Notes: generated from the letters alone by a model not told the origin. Counted from the stretch's first letter, positions 24,955 to 38,139 are shown. The stretch: DNA of 61,339 nt from Polymyxa betae A26-41 (GCA_003693705.1 RBZT01000774.1:1-61339); one strand, 5' to 3'. Numbers and translations: made by a program.

Positions 24955-27624
24955 ATGGGCGCCGTATTCATCATCATCGCGATCATGATCGATCCATATC
25001 ATCCCGCCCTCAAGATCTGGTACATCATCGTCCTCCTCGCCTCCGTCTTCTCGGTCGTCTATACGCCCTTCGCCCTGATTCTCGGCAGTTTCTGGGACGA
25101 CGGCCAGCTGGTCGTACTGGACGCCGTCTTCGTCGCCTCCCTCGTCGTCAACTATCATACGAAAGTGCTGCGCGGCGACGGCCAGATCGTCACCGGCGAC
25201 TACACGCGCCGCCCGGAATTCACCGACGACCTGATCTGCGCCGTGCCGCTGGAGTGCGTGCGCGCCGTACTGGCCCGCGCCCTGCGGGGGCGCGGGCCGG
25301 TCATCGGCACCGGGCCTCACACGCTGACCGTGGCGCAGCCGGTTCTGATGCTGAACATCTTCCGGGCGCTGGCCTTCAACGATCGCCTGAATGCGTTCGC
25401 GAAGGTGACGACGATCGGGCCGCTGTTCTTCAACCATTGCAAACTGGGTAGGTCGTACTGGAGCCCAGGCTTGGCCGCGCCTTTTCATTTCGAATTCTGT
25501 TGCTTTTTTCACAAAACACTGTGCAGAGGTCGTTCGATTTGTTCAGCTTCCACAGAGTGGAATTTGCTAGAATTATTTCAAAAACTGCTGGAAAAGCTGA
25601 TTTTTTTCAAACGATTTTGATCTTGTAAAAAGGCTGATCCGATATTTTGAATAGTTGGGGTCCTGCTGCTATTGATCCACTGGCTGGGCGTCGGGATCGC
25701 CATCGTATGGTCTTTTCGGGTCGCCCATCCCTTATCGTACGTTACATCAAGTCGTACTGCCTCTTGTTCGAGATGCTCCATTTGTTGGACGGACACTCGT
25801 CGTCACCGCAATTCGATTTTTTTAGTTTTTTACCGTTGTTTCTTGACTGACAAAATCAAATCCCTTTGTATTTGTATTTTTTTTAGGTAGATTCTGTAAA
25901 AAAAATTCAAAATAGGTTCAAATTCAGTTTAAAAATAGTTATTTTCTGTGACAGAATATGGGTGGAAGCCGTCTATTGGTCAGTATCTACGATAATCCCG
26001 ATCGGGTATGGTAACATTACCGTATTTCGCCCCTACGTGATGGTGACCGCCTCTGCGATCATGCTCATCTCCGTTGTCTACTTCTACTATGTCATTTTAC
26101 AGATGGCCGACGACGTATTCCGCTTTAGTCGCGTTCGTGGCGCTTTCTCCAGAGCGTTAGAGGATATCACCGATTATCTCGAGTACGCTCTTTCCTTAAC
26201 AAAACTGTTTGCGAACGCTCACTTGTTTTTCAAGAACTCTGTTCCGAATGCAATTTTGCAATATTTACGGACGAAAAATAACATTTTTTTTTGAAAACAC
26301 CGTTTTTCAACATGTTGCCAGAAAATTTCTTTTTCGCATTTTCAAAACATAATTCACTGAATCGTTTTGGAGTTTTTTTCAAAGTTCAAGGAATCTGCGG
26401 GTCTTCAATCAACAGATTGTTTTCATCGCTCAGTTCAGCAAGCCCTAAACCCTAGCCCCCTAGGTCGCGTCATCTGCCCGTCGACCTGCACGCCGCCATC
26501 CTCTCTCTGTTTTACGCCAGCGAAACGACGTTCCGCGCGCTCAGCTATCACGAGCACGATCTTCTTAAAGACCTTCCCGTAGGCCTGCGACGGGAAATCG
26601 GCCTGCACGTTACCTCACCCCGCATTCCATGGGCCAGTACGTTCACACCTGATTGCAGATTCATCGCAACCTGCTGACGGTCGGCCACATGCCTGAGATG
26701 CGGATCGATAGCGAGCTCGTGGCGCAGCTCGCGACCGAAATCGACGGCGTCCGGTCGTACCTGCCCGGCGCCGTCCTGCTGCAACCCGGGCAGCTGCACG
26801 CCGGTCCCGTCTTCCTAGGAATCGTCGTGAAAGGCCTCGTACGTAAGCAACATCTGCCCGTTCTATGATATCTTTTTCAAAAAATTAAAAAAAAAAATTC
26901 TGGCGTTTTATAGTTTTTATTGACGTTTTTGGATTTTGATTTTGCTGCCTTCTTTTGGTTGTATTTTCGTTGCTGTCAACATTGCCCAGTTTCTTTTGGC
27001 CTCTGCTCTGTTGCAATGTTTTGAATTTTTTGTCGAAAAGTGCAAAAGATGCGTGTTTACACGTTTCACTTTTCCAAAAGTTCTTTTTTTCAATTTGGAT
27101 TTTTTCATCTTTTTAAAAAAATTTCTGTTTGCTATTGATACATCTGGTAGGTGGAGGCCACCAACCAGATCACGGGTCTCTCGCGGCTATTAACCGAAGG
27201 GTCCTATTTCGGAGGTCCGCCGCTCTTCCCGACCTCCGACGTTCTATTCCGAACTTTGACGTTCGCCGAGCTCTACCTGCTCGATTACAACCGCCTTATA
27301 ACGCCGCTACGCCGCGCCCCCAACATACATTCGCAGCTGACACAACTGTTGCGGCAGCGAATTCCGGAATCCGCTGCGGACCCGGACTTCCTGGCCAGTA
27401 CGGCCCTGAAAGATCCGCGATTTGAATCTTTCCAGAAGAGAGGGGATGTGGAGGATTTGGCGCCGATTCTGGCGGTCGCTAACAAATTGTCACGTGATGA
27501 TTTGGAGTCTGTGCTGGTCTTGGCTGAGTCGTTGGTGAAACGTAAGCAAGTCCGTGACGGAATTGCGCTCGCTGTTAACGACCTGCTGATGCGTCCAGCA
27601 GCTTCAGATCCAGACAGACAGTAA
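24955..27624 (+). CDS. Cyclic-nucleotide-binding-domain cation (K+-like) channel, 6 exons
   Basis: TM segments; pore AVYWSVSTIIPIGYGNI; C-linker LLKDLPVGLRREI; CNBD YLPG..GIVVKGLVE..LTEGSYFG..TFAELYLLDY. Confidence 0.85.
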
Positions 27625-29529
27625 TTGTTTTCTTGTAACGAAAAATGAACGGGAACTGTAACGTAACACCTTTAACGGCAAGAAACGAAATCAGTAACTC
27701 GTCTTTCTTAACGACAATTGACGCCAACTGTAACGTGTCAAAGTTGTAACAGCATGCAACGGACACTGTAACCCCTGCGTAATAACGACAATTCGCGGAA
27801 ACTGTTATAATGCATCGTTTGCAACGTCAATTATCAGCAATTGTAACATAACAATTGTTCGGGCAAATAACCGAAGCTGAAACGTACCGCAAGGTCGCAA
27901 ACACACAAAACAAATCGATAAATTTCGGACAGTATCAGGGGCCGCAGTTTTTTATTTACTTTTTTATTTGTGTTTCTGTAATTTTGTCTATCTCCTCGAG
28001 ATCTATCGACTTACAGAGAGAAAACCCTAATTGGGCCTCCCCTGATACAATTCTCCACGGCTCCTATCAAACCGTCTCTTCAAGGGGTCTTGAGCTATAG
28101 TTTGCCAACACTCTTGAATGATCCTCAATACACTGTAACGTGATTACTTGTTTCGAAATGTTAACAAGATGGACTGACTACCCCAGCGATGCATCTCGCT
28201 ATGTTCACGGCAGGGTCGTACTGGCTTCCGATGTTACTCTCTGTCAAATCCATGGCAAACTGGCTGTAGCAACGCCGTGATTGCCAAAGAGGGCCCACGA
28301 CTATCCTGCCATTCTCGGCAAACCCTGAACCCTAACCCCCTGGGTGCGGGAAGATGCTCTGATTCGATGTTGAGCTGGATCAGGATTCCTCGGTCGCTGC
28401 TCTGTCACAGAGCTCACTCACATAGACGATAATCCGACATCAGAGCCGAACTACATGTAGGATTCGTGTACGACCGGAAATACTGGAACCCAAACCCTAA
28501 CTTGTCAGCTGATCGTTTCTTGATATTGTGCATAATTAGGTTACGGAAAGAGATTGCCAACTTATACATTGATGATGGCGATGAGCAGTAAAAACTGTGA
28601 AGATACAACGTGGAAGAGAGTGTAGGCTGGGCTGGATGCGGAATCGATAAGCTTTTGCCGACATTTGAAGAGCCGACTCGAATTGAACGTTTTGTAACAT
28701 CGCATGAGGGAGAATCAATGGATCGCTGATAGAATAATATGCAGATTTTCCTAGATGCTTGAAAAAGGGCTCCATCATACAGCAGCAAATTTGGTGGCTT
28801 TTACTCTAAACGGCGTTTTTCGCCATCGAATGGTGATGGCAGGAAAATACCGCGACTCGGCTGAGCCTGTTTAAGATTCAGGGAAGCATGACCAGCTGTC
28901 TATTCGAGAGGCCTTTGCGACCAGATAACAGAAGCAGTACGACCTGATCACGTTTCTGTGCTTGATGCTCGGTCGCCGTGATTCGACTGGCTTGAGATTT
29001 GGGCTCCAGAACGCTGGTTGTCTCTGTTTCCAATGTCGATGTGAGACCGAGGGCGCGTCTCATCCTTGATGCGATCTCAAGTTCGCATTTTCTCTGCTCG
29101 AGACATTGATGACGGCGAACAGCGGTCATTTGATTATTGTTGGGTTCTGGAGAACCTAATGCGGCGGTTCTGCACGCTGCTGCGATCTCTTGAGTGCCAA
29201 ACGATCTTTCAACCTGACATGATCCGACAGGAAGTAAAGCTGTCTGATGTTGAATTTGTAGTCGATAGTACAGCTTATGGGCTTTATTCTCAAGCTCCAG
29301 GCAACGGAGTTCGCTTGAAACAGAAACAGGTCAAGCTGCTGATTCTCAGAGTGCTCGTGAGAGAATAGACTATGCGTAGAGCAGATTGATTCGCTGATTG
29401 ATACGTTGTGACCGATGACAAAATCGGAGTCGTCATTCATACAAAGCCGTCATGAACTGCAACAACCGTACAGGATTGAAGATTTCGGCGTTGTTTGGCG
29501 TCATTAATGGCGTGATCTGCGTGGTCTGT

Positions 29530-29928
29530 ATGATCTGGGTGTCCGTAATGACGGATCAACAATGGTCCGAGGTGGCTTCGTCAACATAACTGCAGCGACG
29601 ATATAACAAACTGGAACAGCCGCTGATCGGATTGAATGCGGCTGGTGCCGCGGCGTTCCTTTTTCTTGCCCGAAAGTTCTGGACGCAGGAATGTGAGTCT
29701 TCCGCAGATCAGGCCTTCAGGCTGGCTTTGTCAGGCTTCACCGCCATGTTGAATTCTACCGTTATCAATGCTGTTCGAGACTATGATCCGACTGTTACTG
29801 CTCAACTGGCGATCGCCATTGGTCTCTGGTTGATGGCCGGGGTCTTTATTTATCGAGCAGCGAAAGACGCTGGCATCAATGTTGGATTCAAAGTCACCCG
29901 AATCGTGGACCGTAACTCCGACTCCTAA
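29530..29928 (+). CDS. Small membrane protein
   Basis: Hydrophobic ORF 29632-29928 that extends 5' through a possible 24-nt GT-AG intron; AATAAA follows. Confidence 0.45.
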
Positions 29929-30004
29929 TCGTTGACATCGGTGTCCTTGATTGACAATAAAACGTTCGCGTTTTACGTGGTGATTGTGTATTGTGCATTG
30001 TTCA

Positions 30005-30150
30005 ATCGTTTAAAGTTTAACTTATATAGCAATTTGTTTAAAGTGAATTTATACAAAAAATTGTTTAAAGTTTTAATTTATACAAAAAATGTTTAAAGTT
30101 TATTTTATATATATTTTTCAAAGTTTGAATTTATTCATTTCAAGTTGAAC
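30005..30150. repeat. AT-rich imperfect tandem repeats
   Basis: tttaaagtt...tttatacaaaaaa unit repeated 4-5 times. Confidence 0.65.
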
Positions 30151-30691
30151 TGACATAAAAAAATTAAAAAATTATATCGATCGGCGCCTTACATGATGCA
30201 GCATTCGACACTCGCAATGGGCTGCTCAATCTTCATGTTCGGACCCATCTGCACGCCAAATCCAGCCACAGTTGCTGAAACACGATCGACGCCATCTCCC
30301 ACGCCCGTTTGGAATCCCAAATCCACATCCACACCCATTCAGCAACCTTACACTCGGCTTTGCAACGTTCGGCGTGGCGAACGCCATGGTAATGACTTAA
30401 TTGCTGAAAGAATTTCGAGTCAGTAATGGGCGCTGTGCAACTTGATTGAGAATCGCGTACGACCTGATTAATGAACTCCGAAATATCACGGGGATAATCA
30501 AGCGTATGACGTTTTAAGTCAGCGTCTGCAGCGAGGCTATCAGCTACTGCCGTTCCTTCGAAACGCTGAAGAAACCTTTCCCAGTTGATGGTAGGTTCGG
30601 GCTGTCAACAGTCAGGTGTCTTTTCATACTCAGAGAGTGAGTTGATTCTGGCCATCTCGCAGATAGAAATCTGATGTAAGTTTTTTACTGA

Positions 30692-32530
30692 TTAAGTACT
30701 TTGGGTAGAGTTTAGTGCTGATTGAGCAGGACATTGTCCAGCATGTCCAGGACAGAAATTCTGTTGAAATTGATAATGATCTAAATAATGTCCAAATATA
30801 TGAGAGAAATAATCGACATCATTATTACAATGATGTTCAAGACAGTATAGTATTGGATTTAGAGAATGTTCGAGGTAATCGCTCAGACCAGATGATGAAT
30901 GCAAATTCCACTTCTTCACGTAATTATTCATTTGCTGAAGACACTCGAACATGAGCTTCTGTGATAAATTCAGAAAATACAATATAAAAATTGAACACAG
31001 TAATACCGTCGCGAATCCTTTCATAGAATATAACAATAGACATTGAGCATGGAATTTAATATCAAAAACTAGCTGCGATTTGATGGAGTATTTCTTATTG
31101 TCAGAGATAATGAGAGCCTCAAATCCGCACTGTTTACTCTCGCCATTGTGTCTAGGACAAAGCGTCTGAAAATGCGAATGCGAAAACGGATTCCCCCATC
31201 GCGATTGAAAAGTCCGAAGATCATTCTGACAGCATATTCCAACACATGACAGAACGGAGTAACATGTTCGCTTCAGCCAGTTCTCACATCCACCACGTTT
31301 CATGCTCAATTTCGGATCAGCAATCTTGGCCCGAACTAATCTCAGACATAAACTGGCCACCAATATCAACTTCTGTAACGTGGTCTTGAAAGTTGAGATC
31401 TCCGAGGTTTCGGTCAATATGAGCTGATCCTCGAGAACTTTGATAATAATGGGGTCTCTGGCAGGGTAGGCGTTGGCCTTTGATGGAAACAATATGTTCG
31501 TATTAGTAAGAAAGGCGTATTCGTCGTCATCAGGCTGCTTTTTCTGAATGAAAGTTTTGAAGAAAGATTCTCCCTTCAATATGAATAAATCTCACCAGGA
31601 AAGCACACAGAGTATTGTAGTCTGTGATCTTCTCAATAATAAAATCAAACAATTTCACAACTTCAGGCAGAGTGGTAAACACTGGCAGAACGAGATTCTG
31701 TGGCTTTGGACAAAACTTCATCCGTTTCACGGACGGATTTTCGTCAATTTGAAGATCCGGAAGGTCAATAGAGATGAAAGAACGGAGATTCATTAACTGA
31801 TCGCCAGCTGCGAGTTTAGATCGGAATTCACCTCCGGAACATTCTTTCTCAGGTCTCCGATGATTGAAGGATTGAAGGGATTCCCCCAGAGGGTCTGAAA
31901 TCTCCGGAGATCTTTTTGACAGCAATCCATGACACATCGTAGTACAGGACGACACACCTGATACATCCAATTCCGTATTTTCCAATCCACCTTGCTGTAA
32001 ATCCATTCATATTTCCGGGAGGACCAGATCAATTTCCGATACAGATTCGCAATCAGAATCAGTTTCTGTAATGTGCTCTGAGCAAAACGGATTTGTTGAA
32101 TTTCGCTCATATCCAGATCATGTCCTTTCACATTGATAACAAAATGAGGGTTGATCTTGGAGCATTGATCTGCATCATCCGCGGAATTTGAAGAAAGAGA
32201 AAGAAGTTCCTCATTATTCGGGTCTTTAATCTAAGATAAAATGAATATACAGAAGGACAAAAAGCTCCTCAAAATTCACCAGAAATTTGCAGAGACTTTT
32301 ATAGTCATTGATATCAGTCACATCGGGATTGAAGGAAGACCGAAGGTTGGCTGGCGATGATGTCTCGTCAATACGAGGACGTTTCCGAGAGATAGTTTCA
32401 GAGGGTTCATCATTCTGATTGTGAATATCTCAGCGATTTTCAAGACTTGAGAATTGATAGGAAACATTACATTGATAGTCTCCTGAATAGGTGAAGCTGG
32501 AACATTATTTGTATCATGTAATAAAGACAT
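30692..32530 (-). CDS. Hypothetical protein with two copies of an unrecognised domain (spliced)
   Basis: TLQKLILIA..VLRCVMDCCQKDLRRFQTLWGNPF and TLQKLILVA..VLSCVGICCQNDLRTFQSRWGNPF; plausible GT-AG introns join the frames. Confidence 0.6.
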
Positions 32531-33260
32531 CAGCGTTGATAGCGTTTCAATATCAGGTAACGAAGATGTGATTTGTTTCTGAGAGCTTTGTCACTTGTGT
32601 GTCTGTGAGGTCGGGAGGATAGACAGTCCATACCTGAGAATCTGTAACATTACTAAGCCCAGGACTGAATGCAGCAAAGCAGCACTCAGATAGGCTCAGT
32701 ATCAGGAAGGGAATCGCTCGGCCAAACATGATCAGGCCAATGGAGAGTCGGAATGTCGGACTTCGGGGTTGCCGAACTTGCGCGGTTAGACATCTTCCAT
32801 GACACGCACTTCACGTCTGTGGCTCATCAGGCACGAAAGCGAAGATCGGAGGAGACGGGGCTCCCAGGGAAGGCTTAAGTTTCCTGCAAGATGGGCTGGA
32901 TGGATTGGCAGGGCCGAATCCAGACATCTATGATCCAGGAAGCAGTACGATCATATTCCGCTCTTGGGAAAGATCTTTTAATAGAGCCTTTTTCAGCTTC
33001 CATTTGTCACTTTTCATCAATAGTAATCTCATAAATCGTCTGGCACATAACGTTTCCCTAAATTTTGCTTCTGTTGTGGTCCACCGCTAGAGCCATGCCC
33101 GTGGCTGCTATTCCTGCATCGCAATCATCCGAAACATGATGCGAAACCTGCTCAGACACCGACCCGGCTGCTTCGTCGTCAGCAACAAGAAGTCTTGGGA
33201 CGACTGTTACAAGACAGACAAAACATCGACAATGGTGTCTATTTGGAAATGAGAACTGCT

Positions 33261-33549
33261 CCAGTAGAGATAATCACGTTACCTCTGGGAGGCTGCGTCC
33301 TCCTCCCCATTACATTGCTTTCATTTGTGGAATCAGTAGAGATGATGACGTTGCCTCTGGGAGGCTGCGTCCTCCTCCTCATTAGATTGCTTTTATTTGT
33401 GGAACCAGTAGAGATAATCACGTTACCTCTGGGAGGCTGCGTCCTCCTCCTCATTAGATTGCTTTCATTTGTGGAATCAGTAGAGATAATCACGTTACCT
33501 CTGGGATTCTGCGGCGTCCTCCTCATGATATTGCTTTCATTTGTGGAAT
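33261..33549. repeat. 72-bp tandem repeat x4, open on both strands
   Basis: gtagagat at 33264, 33336, 33408 and 33480; minus strand encodes (NESNLMRRRTQPPRGNVIISTDST)n. Confidence 0.9.
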
Positions 33550-33772
33550 TTACTTTGGAATCTTGAGCTGCCCATAATATGCAAACTAATTTTTTTTATT
33601 TCCTGCTCAAATTGAATCTGGGTGATGCAGGGATCAGGAACAGATGTTCGTATCAACTTCATGAAACATCCGCTTCATGACCAATAAACCTCGAGCCAAA
33701 CTCATTCGACTTGTGCTAAAACCAACCAAGAAATTTGTTATCTGTGGTTCACAGGCGATTTACTACGGCTTT

Positions 33773-34657
33773 CTAAATCTGCAAAAGCTGTTTAAAGCTC
33801 ACAATGACATCTAAAAAAGTTAAACCCGGCGTCATCGCATTTCCCGTCAAGGCGCTGATGTAGTTCCAGTGATCGCCCCAGTCCCAGATCCCGGGGAATT
33901 CCGGGAGCGGATCCGGATCTCCGACATGAATCTCCGGACCGGCTTGTCTGTAGCCTGTAAATGAGGGCAGCGCCTTGCAGACGGGATCGCAGCGATTTTT
34001 AACGCGCCACAACAATCCCACATACTGATTGCATTGATTTGCGAACTCTTCGTTGCCGACCGGAGGCGACCCGATTGTCACGTTCCAGATCTTGTCTTGT
34101 TTGTATGTGCCGTAATTAAAGGCGGCGATGGTGCTGACGGCTGCTCCCAGACTGTGTCCAACAAACATGACGACGCCTCCTTTGTCCAGGAACTCGCCGA
34201 TCTTTTTTCCCCATTGCCCGATCAAGCTCTTGTACTGCCGTAGCCAGCCTTTGTGGACTCGGACTCCATCAAACCGATTACCATAGGTGTTATTGCCGAA
34301 CTCGACCTGCTCGATTTGGGCAGGTTGGAAAGCGTCAGCGATTTCATTGGTGTCACGAACAATCATCGCGAGGACTTTCTTCGCATATCCGGTCGGCTGA
34401 TACTCGCAGGCGAACGCCTGCAGTCCCGCTCGACGATCGTCCAGAATATCCGGCTCATCGAGTCGTTGGAGAACGTCGTATTCTTCCGGGACGGGTCCGG
34501 TTCTGGGGCCAGTATGATAGCTCTCCCAACGTTGTTGGAGATCAACGCCTTCCTTGTAGGCCAGCACGGCCATTTTGGCCGCATCGAGGAGCAGGCTTTT
34601 ATCGTTGTCTGTGAACAGGCCTGGGTATGACACAGCGGACGTGATTCGCGTAAACAT
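33773..34657 (-). CDS. Class 3 lipase (Lipase_3), intronless
   Basis: VHKGW, GHSLG nucleophile elbow, TIGSPPVGN, NRCDPV (catalytic Asp), DHWNY (catalytic His). Confidence 0.9.
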   Translation of the reverse strand: MFTRITSAVSYPGLFTDNDKSLLLDAAKMAVLAYKEGVDLQQRWESYHTGPRTGPVPEEYDVLQRLDEPDILDDRRAGLQAFACEYQPTGYAKKVLAMIVRDTNEIADAFQPAQIEQVEFGNNTYGNRFDGVRVHKGWLRQYKSLIGQWGKKIGEFLDKGGVVMFVGHSLGAAVSTIAAFNYGTYKQDKIWNVTIGSPPVGNEEFANQCNQYVGLLWRVKNRCDPVCKALPSFTGYRQAGPEIHVGDPDPLPEFPGIWDWGDHWNYISALTGNAMTPGLTFLDVIVSFKQLLQI

Positions 34658-35771
34658 TATCACAGCGAAGCGAAATTGAACTTTGCATGAATCGGAAACA
34701 TTGTGTGGAAGGTGAAGTTCAGAATAACGAATGGCTGGAAACCCTAACAACGGACGCAGCAGGCGCATTTTATGCGCTCGCGAATCGACCTTCAAGTTAC
34801 GTTACAGTGTCTTCCGAATACAGATTATTGCCGCCCTGGAAGACGATTGCTTTCATCGTCCACTAACCTCAGCCGGATCTAATTGTTTTTGAGCAGCAGA
34901 ATCTGCATTCCTTGTGACTCGGATATTGGAAACAGGTCGTTCTGCATTAACGAGATTGGCCGTCTGACACTCGAAGTGAAAGGCAGATTTCATCAATGTA
35001 ATCGCAAATATGCCTTCGTAAGATGATACCAACATACCATTGCTCTTTTATAACTTGAATATCTTCCTCTAGTATGATCTTCTCCTCGGCTGGTGAGTCT
35101 TATATTTAATTGATCAAAAATTTCAGGGTTATCAAGTTGGTCCGATTCTTTTTCGGCTTCAGAGGTGTTGATCGTCTGGAGATTTAATCAGACATGGTCG
35201 TTCTCGTTCGATCATTCTATGAATTTCAGCTCCTGTTCGCACAATCGTTTCTCATATTTGCATTCACAAGCTGCCTTTTTCGCGTTTGGTAACATCTCAA
35301 GACATCTTCGCACACAGTTCATATCATTGGTACGGTTCTTTCCGTGTCCTGCCCCTTCTTTCATCCTGGTCGTGTAGCACAAAACGTTGCATCTCAAGCT
35401 GTCGTCTCTGCTCAATCTCTGTTCTAGCTTTGCCAGATACCTATTCGGTTCTAATTCTTCAATCTCGCTTCTTTTATCTATTGTTCTGTTACGATCCACG
35501 TCGCTGTATGTCTGACTATTTTCGTGCTTCTATTATCATCTTTGTATGACGATTTTGCCAGCTGAATATCGCTTCGTGTTGGGCAGTGATATACTGGTGA
35601 ATGGATATGTGCGTGGCTCCCTCTCTTCTTGGCCAACCCCATAAAAAAGTCGTCGACCTCATGGAACCCCTTCAGGACGCCTCTGCGACCGACTCCTCTG
35701 CTTTTACATTACGGGTTACAAGACAAACTCTCATGACGAATCCAACCATGAAAATCGAGAAAAAAAATAAG

Positions 35772-35843
35772 TTCCGATACGGGGACTCGAACCCCGGTCT
35801 TCAATGTGAAAGACTGATATACTGACCCCTGTACTATATCGGA
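35772..35843 (-). tRNA. tRNA-Glu(TTC)
   Basis: Full cloverleaf: TCCGATA acceptor, TCAGT-CTTTCAC-ATTGA anticodon arm, GGTTCGAGTCC T arm; poly-T terminator downstream. Confidence 0.95.
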
Positions 35844-36140
35844 AGATTTGTGGTTGTTAGCATATGAGCGCTGTTNNNNNNNNNNNNNNNNNNNNNNNNN
35901 NNNNNNNNNNNNNNNNNNNNNNNNNNNNNNNNNNNNAAACCCTCTCCCGTCTAACAGTGGTGACAAATGTGCGCGACCATTCATCAGATTTGTTGAAGCC
36001 CCGAAACTAGGGAATGCGAGAACCGCCATATTGCGACACGCATTAGTTTTTTTTGCGTGTCACTTAATTTTTTTTCGTCTGATTATCTCGTCGTCGTTAT
36101 GGTGATTTCGTCGTCGTAGTAGACCCTACAGGAGGCTATT

Positions 36141-37765
36141 TTGCTCGCGCCGCTCTTTACCCCGCACCTTATCAAGTCTTATCGTTTCGGGGTCAACACT
36201 GCGATGTTCTGTCCACGATCTGGGAAGCCGGACGGGCAGTGTGGGACCGATTGCCCCTCCAGCCAATCTTTGATCCAGCAGACGATCAAAGAACAGCTGA
36301 TACAACTGGCTGGTTCCAAGATCGTTGCAGAAAAACGCCGACGTTTCGGACGCCCTGCTACGACGATCAATCCAGCTCTGTCCAAAATTCACGTCACCGC
36401 ATTCCCAGCGGGTATGCATCCTGTTGACCTTAAACCGATGAAACTTCCTAGAGGAGCCCCTGTTAATGTTGTCTTTATGCTCGACTCGTCATATGATACA
36501 GTAGTGACAGGCCTACAAGAATTGCTGTTTCCATACCCAAAATATAAGATTGCTGATTATTCGCTTGCAGCTGCTGACGGTGCTTTAATCGTCGAAGGGA
36601 TTCCTTTTGCCGAGTTTCCTTTTAACCTTGGCAAGGGCGGCAAGAAAAGTTTATGGCTTGTCTGGCAAGAGAGAGACGAATCTGCATCAGATAATCATTA
36701 TTTATCAGAAAATGACTTTAATGATGTCACAAGAACTGACGTCGACGCTGGTACTACAGAGGGAAACACTATCACCAACCTTCTTCCAATTACGCAATCA
36801 AGTAACGGGAACGAATTCTCATTTTCGCTTTTATCATGCCCAGCATTCGGTGATACGACTTCTCTAAAATTCGAGGAAACTTATGATCTGGCAAAAGCAG
36901 ATGTGGCGGTCACTCATCAATCAGTGGCGATACTCCGCCGAATTGATCCGGTTGCTAAGCAATGGACCGAATGTTTTCTGAAAGGCTTTGATGTTCCAAA
37001 TATGGAGGATCCGATAACTGATGGACAATTCAAAACTGTTTACAGAAATGCATTGTTTCCTTATGTTTTCAAGCAATCCTCTGTGGTTTTCAAAGTCGCA
37101 ACGGATTCTTAAGATGATCGATTGGTTTCAAATTGCAGGGCCGTCCAAATGGCTGCACTCTGCAGCGCTGCTTCCGAGGAATTCAATTCCAATCTTCCCA
37201 AGATTACCACATTTCATTCTGCGAGTGTGTAATTGTTGAGCTTCCTGAAACGATCGACATTCTCCATTCGACTAGCTCACAGCTCAGCATGATGGCGCGG
37301 AAAGGTTTGATATGGCTGGTGGAGAATCAGATTAAAAGCCGACGCTTCGACAAATATGTTGGAAATACCGGAGAAATCGTCCCCATCGAGTTGTGCACAG
37401 GGGAACGCATGAAAAAAGACCGCTTGTTAGCCACTGCATTTACTCATTGGACGTATGTTCGATCTAATCAGAAATGCATGGTCTTAGATTTGCCAGGAGG
37501 AGGGGGTCAGTTCACTGATGTGGAAATTGTAACAGTTGAGGAGCCTGACACCAGCTTCGAATGCGGCAACCTGGGGGCCTCATCGATTACGAAATTCTTT
37601 CAACAGCATCAATGCAAGCTGATCTGCCAACTACTGAGTATCTCGTCAAACCGGCCATTAGTGCCCATATCACTTTTTTCGGATCAAAACCCTAACCCTA
37701 ACGATTGTGGCAGCGAAGATTTACGCGATTTGCCAGCGTTTATCCCAACCCCGACAATGTTCTGA
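36141..37765 (+). pseudogene. Alpha-kinase (MHCK/eEF2K family) with one stop (37110) and one frameshift (about 37197)
   Basis: GQFKTVY, VVFK, EEFNSNLP, LVENQI..FDKYVGNTG, AFTHWTY..S..MVLDLPG, FTDVEI, GNLG..ITKFFQQHQC..IC. Confidence 0.88.
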
Positions 37766-38139
37766 GGAGGAGGATTCACTCTCAAAGGGCAATGAATCTG
37801 AGAGCGATGAAATTGACGCCGCAAACGATATCATGAAACCAGGCCAGCCAGACGGACCGCCTGGTGTCACAGTTGACATTGCTGCCAGTTTGAAACCCAA
37901 TATTCAGGATCAGTCATCCTCACTTAAACGCAAACGTAAACGCTGTGAGCCACTCGTTACGATAAAGCGCAAAGACCACACACTTAACAATCAATTGTCG
38001 ACGCGCCGTAAACCTGCGATGGCTAGAGACGCACGCAAGGATCAAATAGAAAAACAAAGTTTAATAACAAAAAACCTTAACAATATCAATAAACGTCAAT
38101 TTGAATCTTGAAATTCTCAAGATTGCATGCATAACAATA

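Noticed and set aside
35050-35550. Coiled-coil ORF fragment
   Set aside because: No recognisable motif and interrupted by stops; cannot be assigned.
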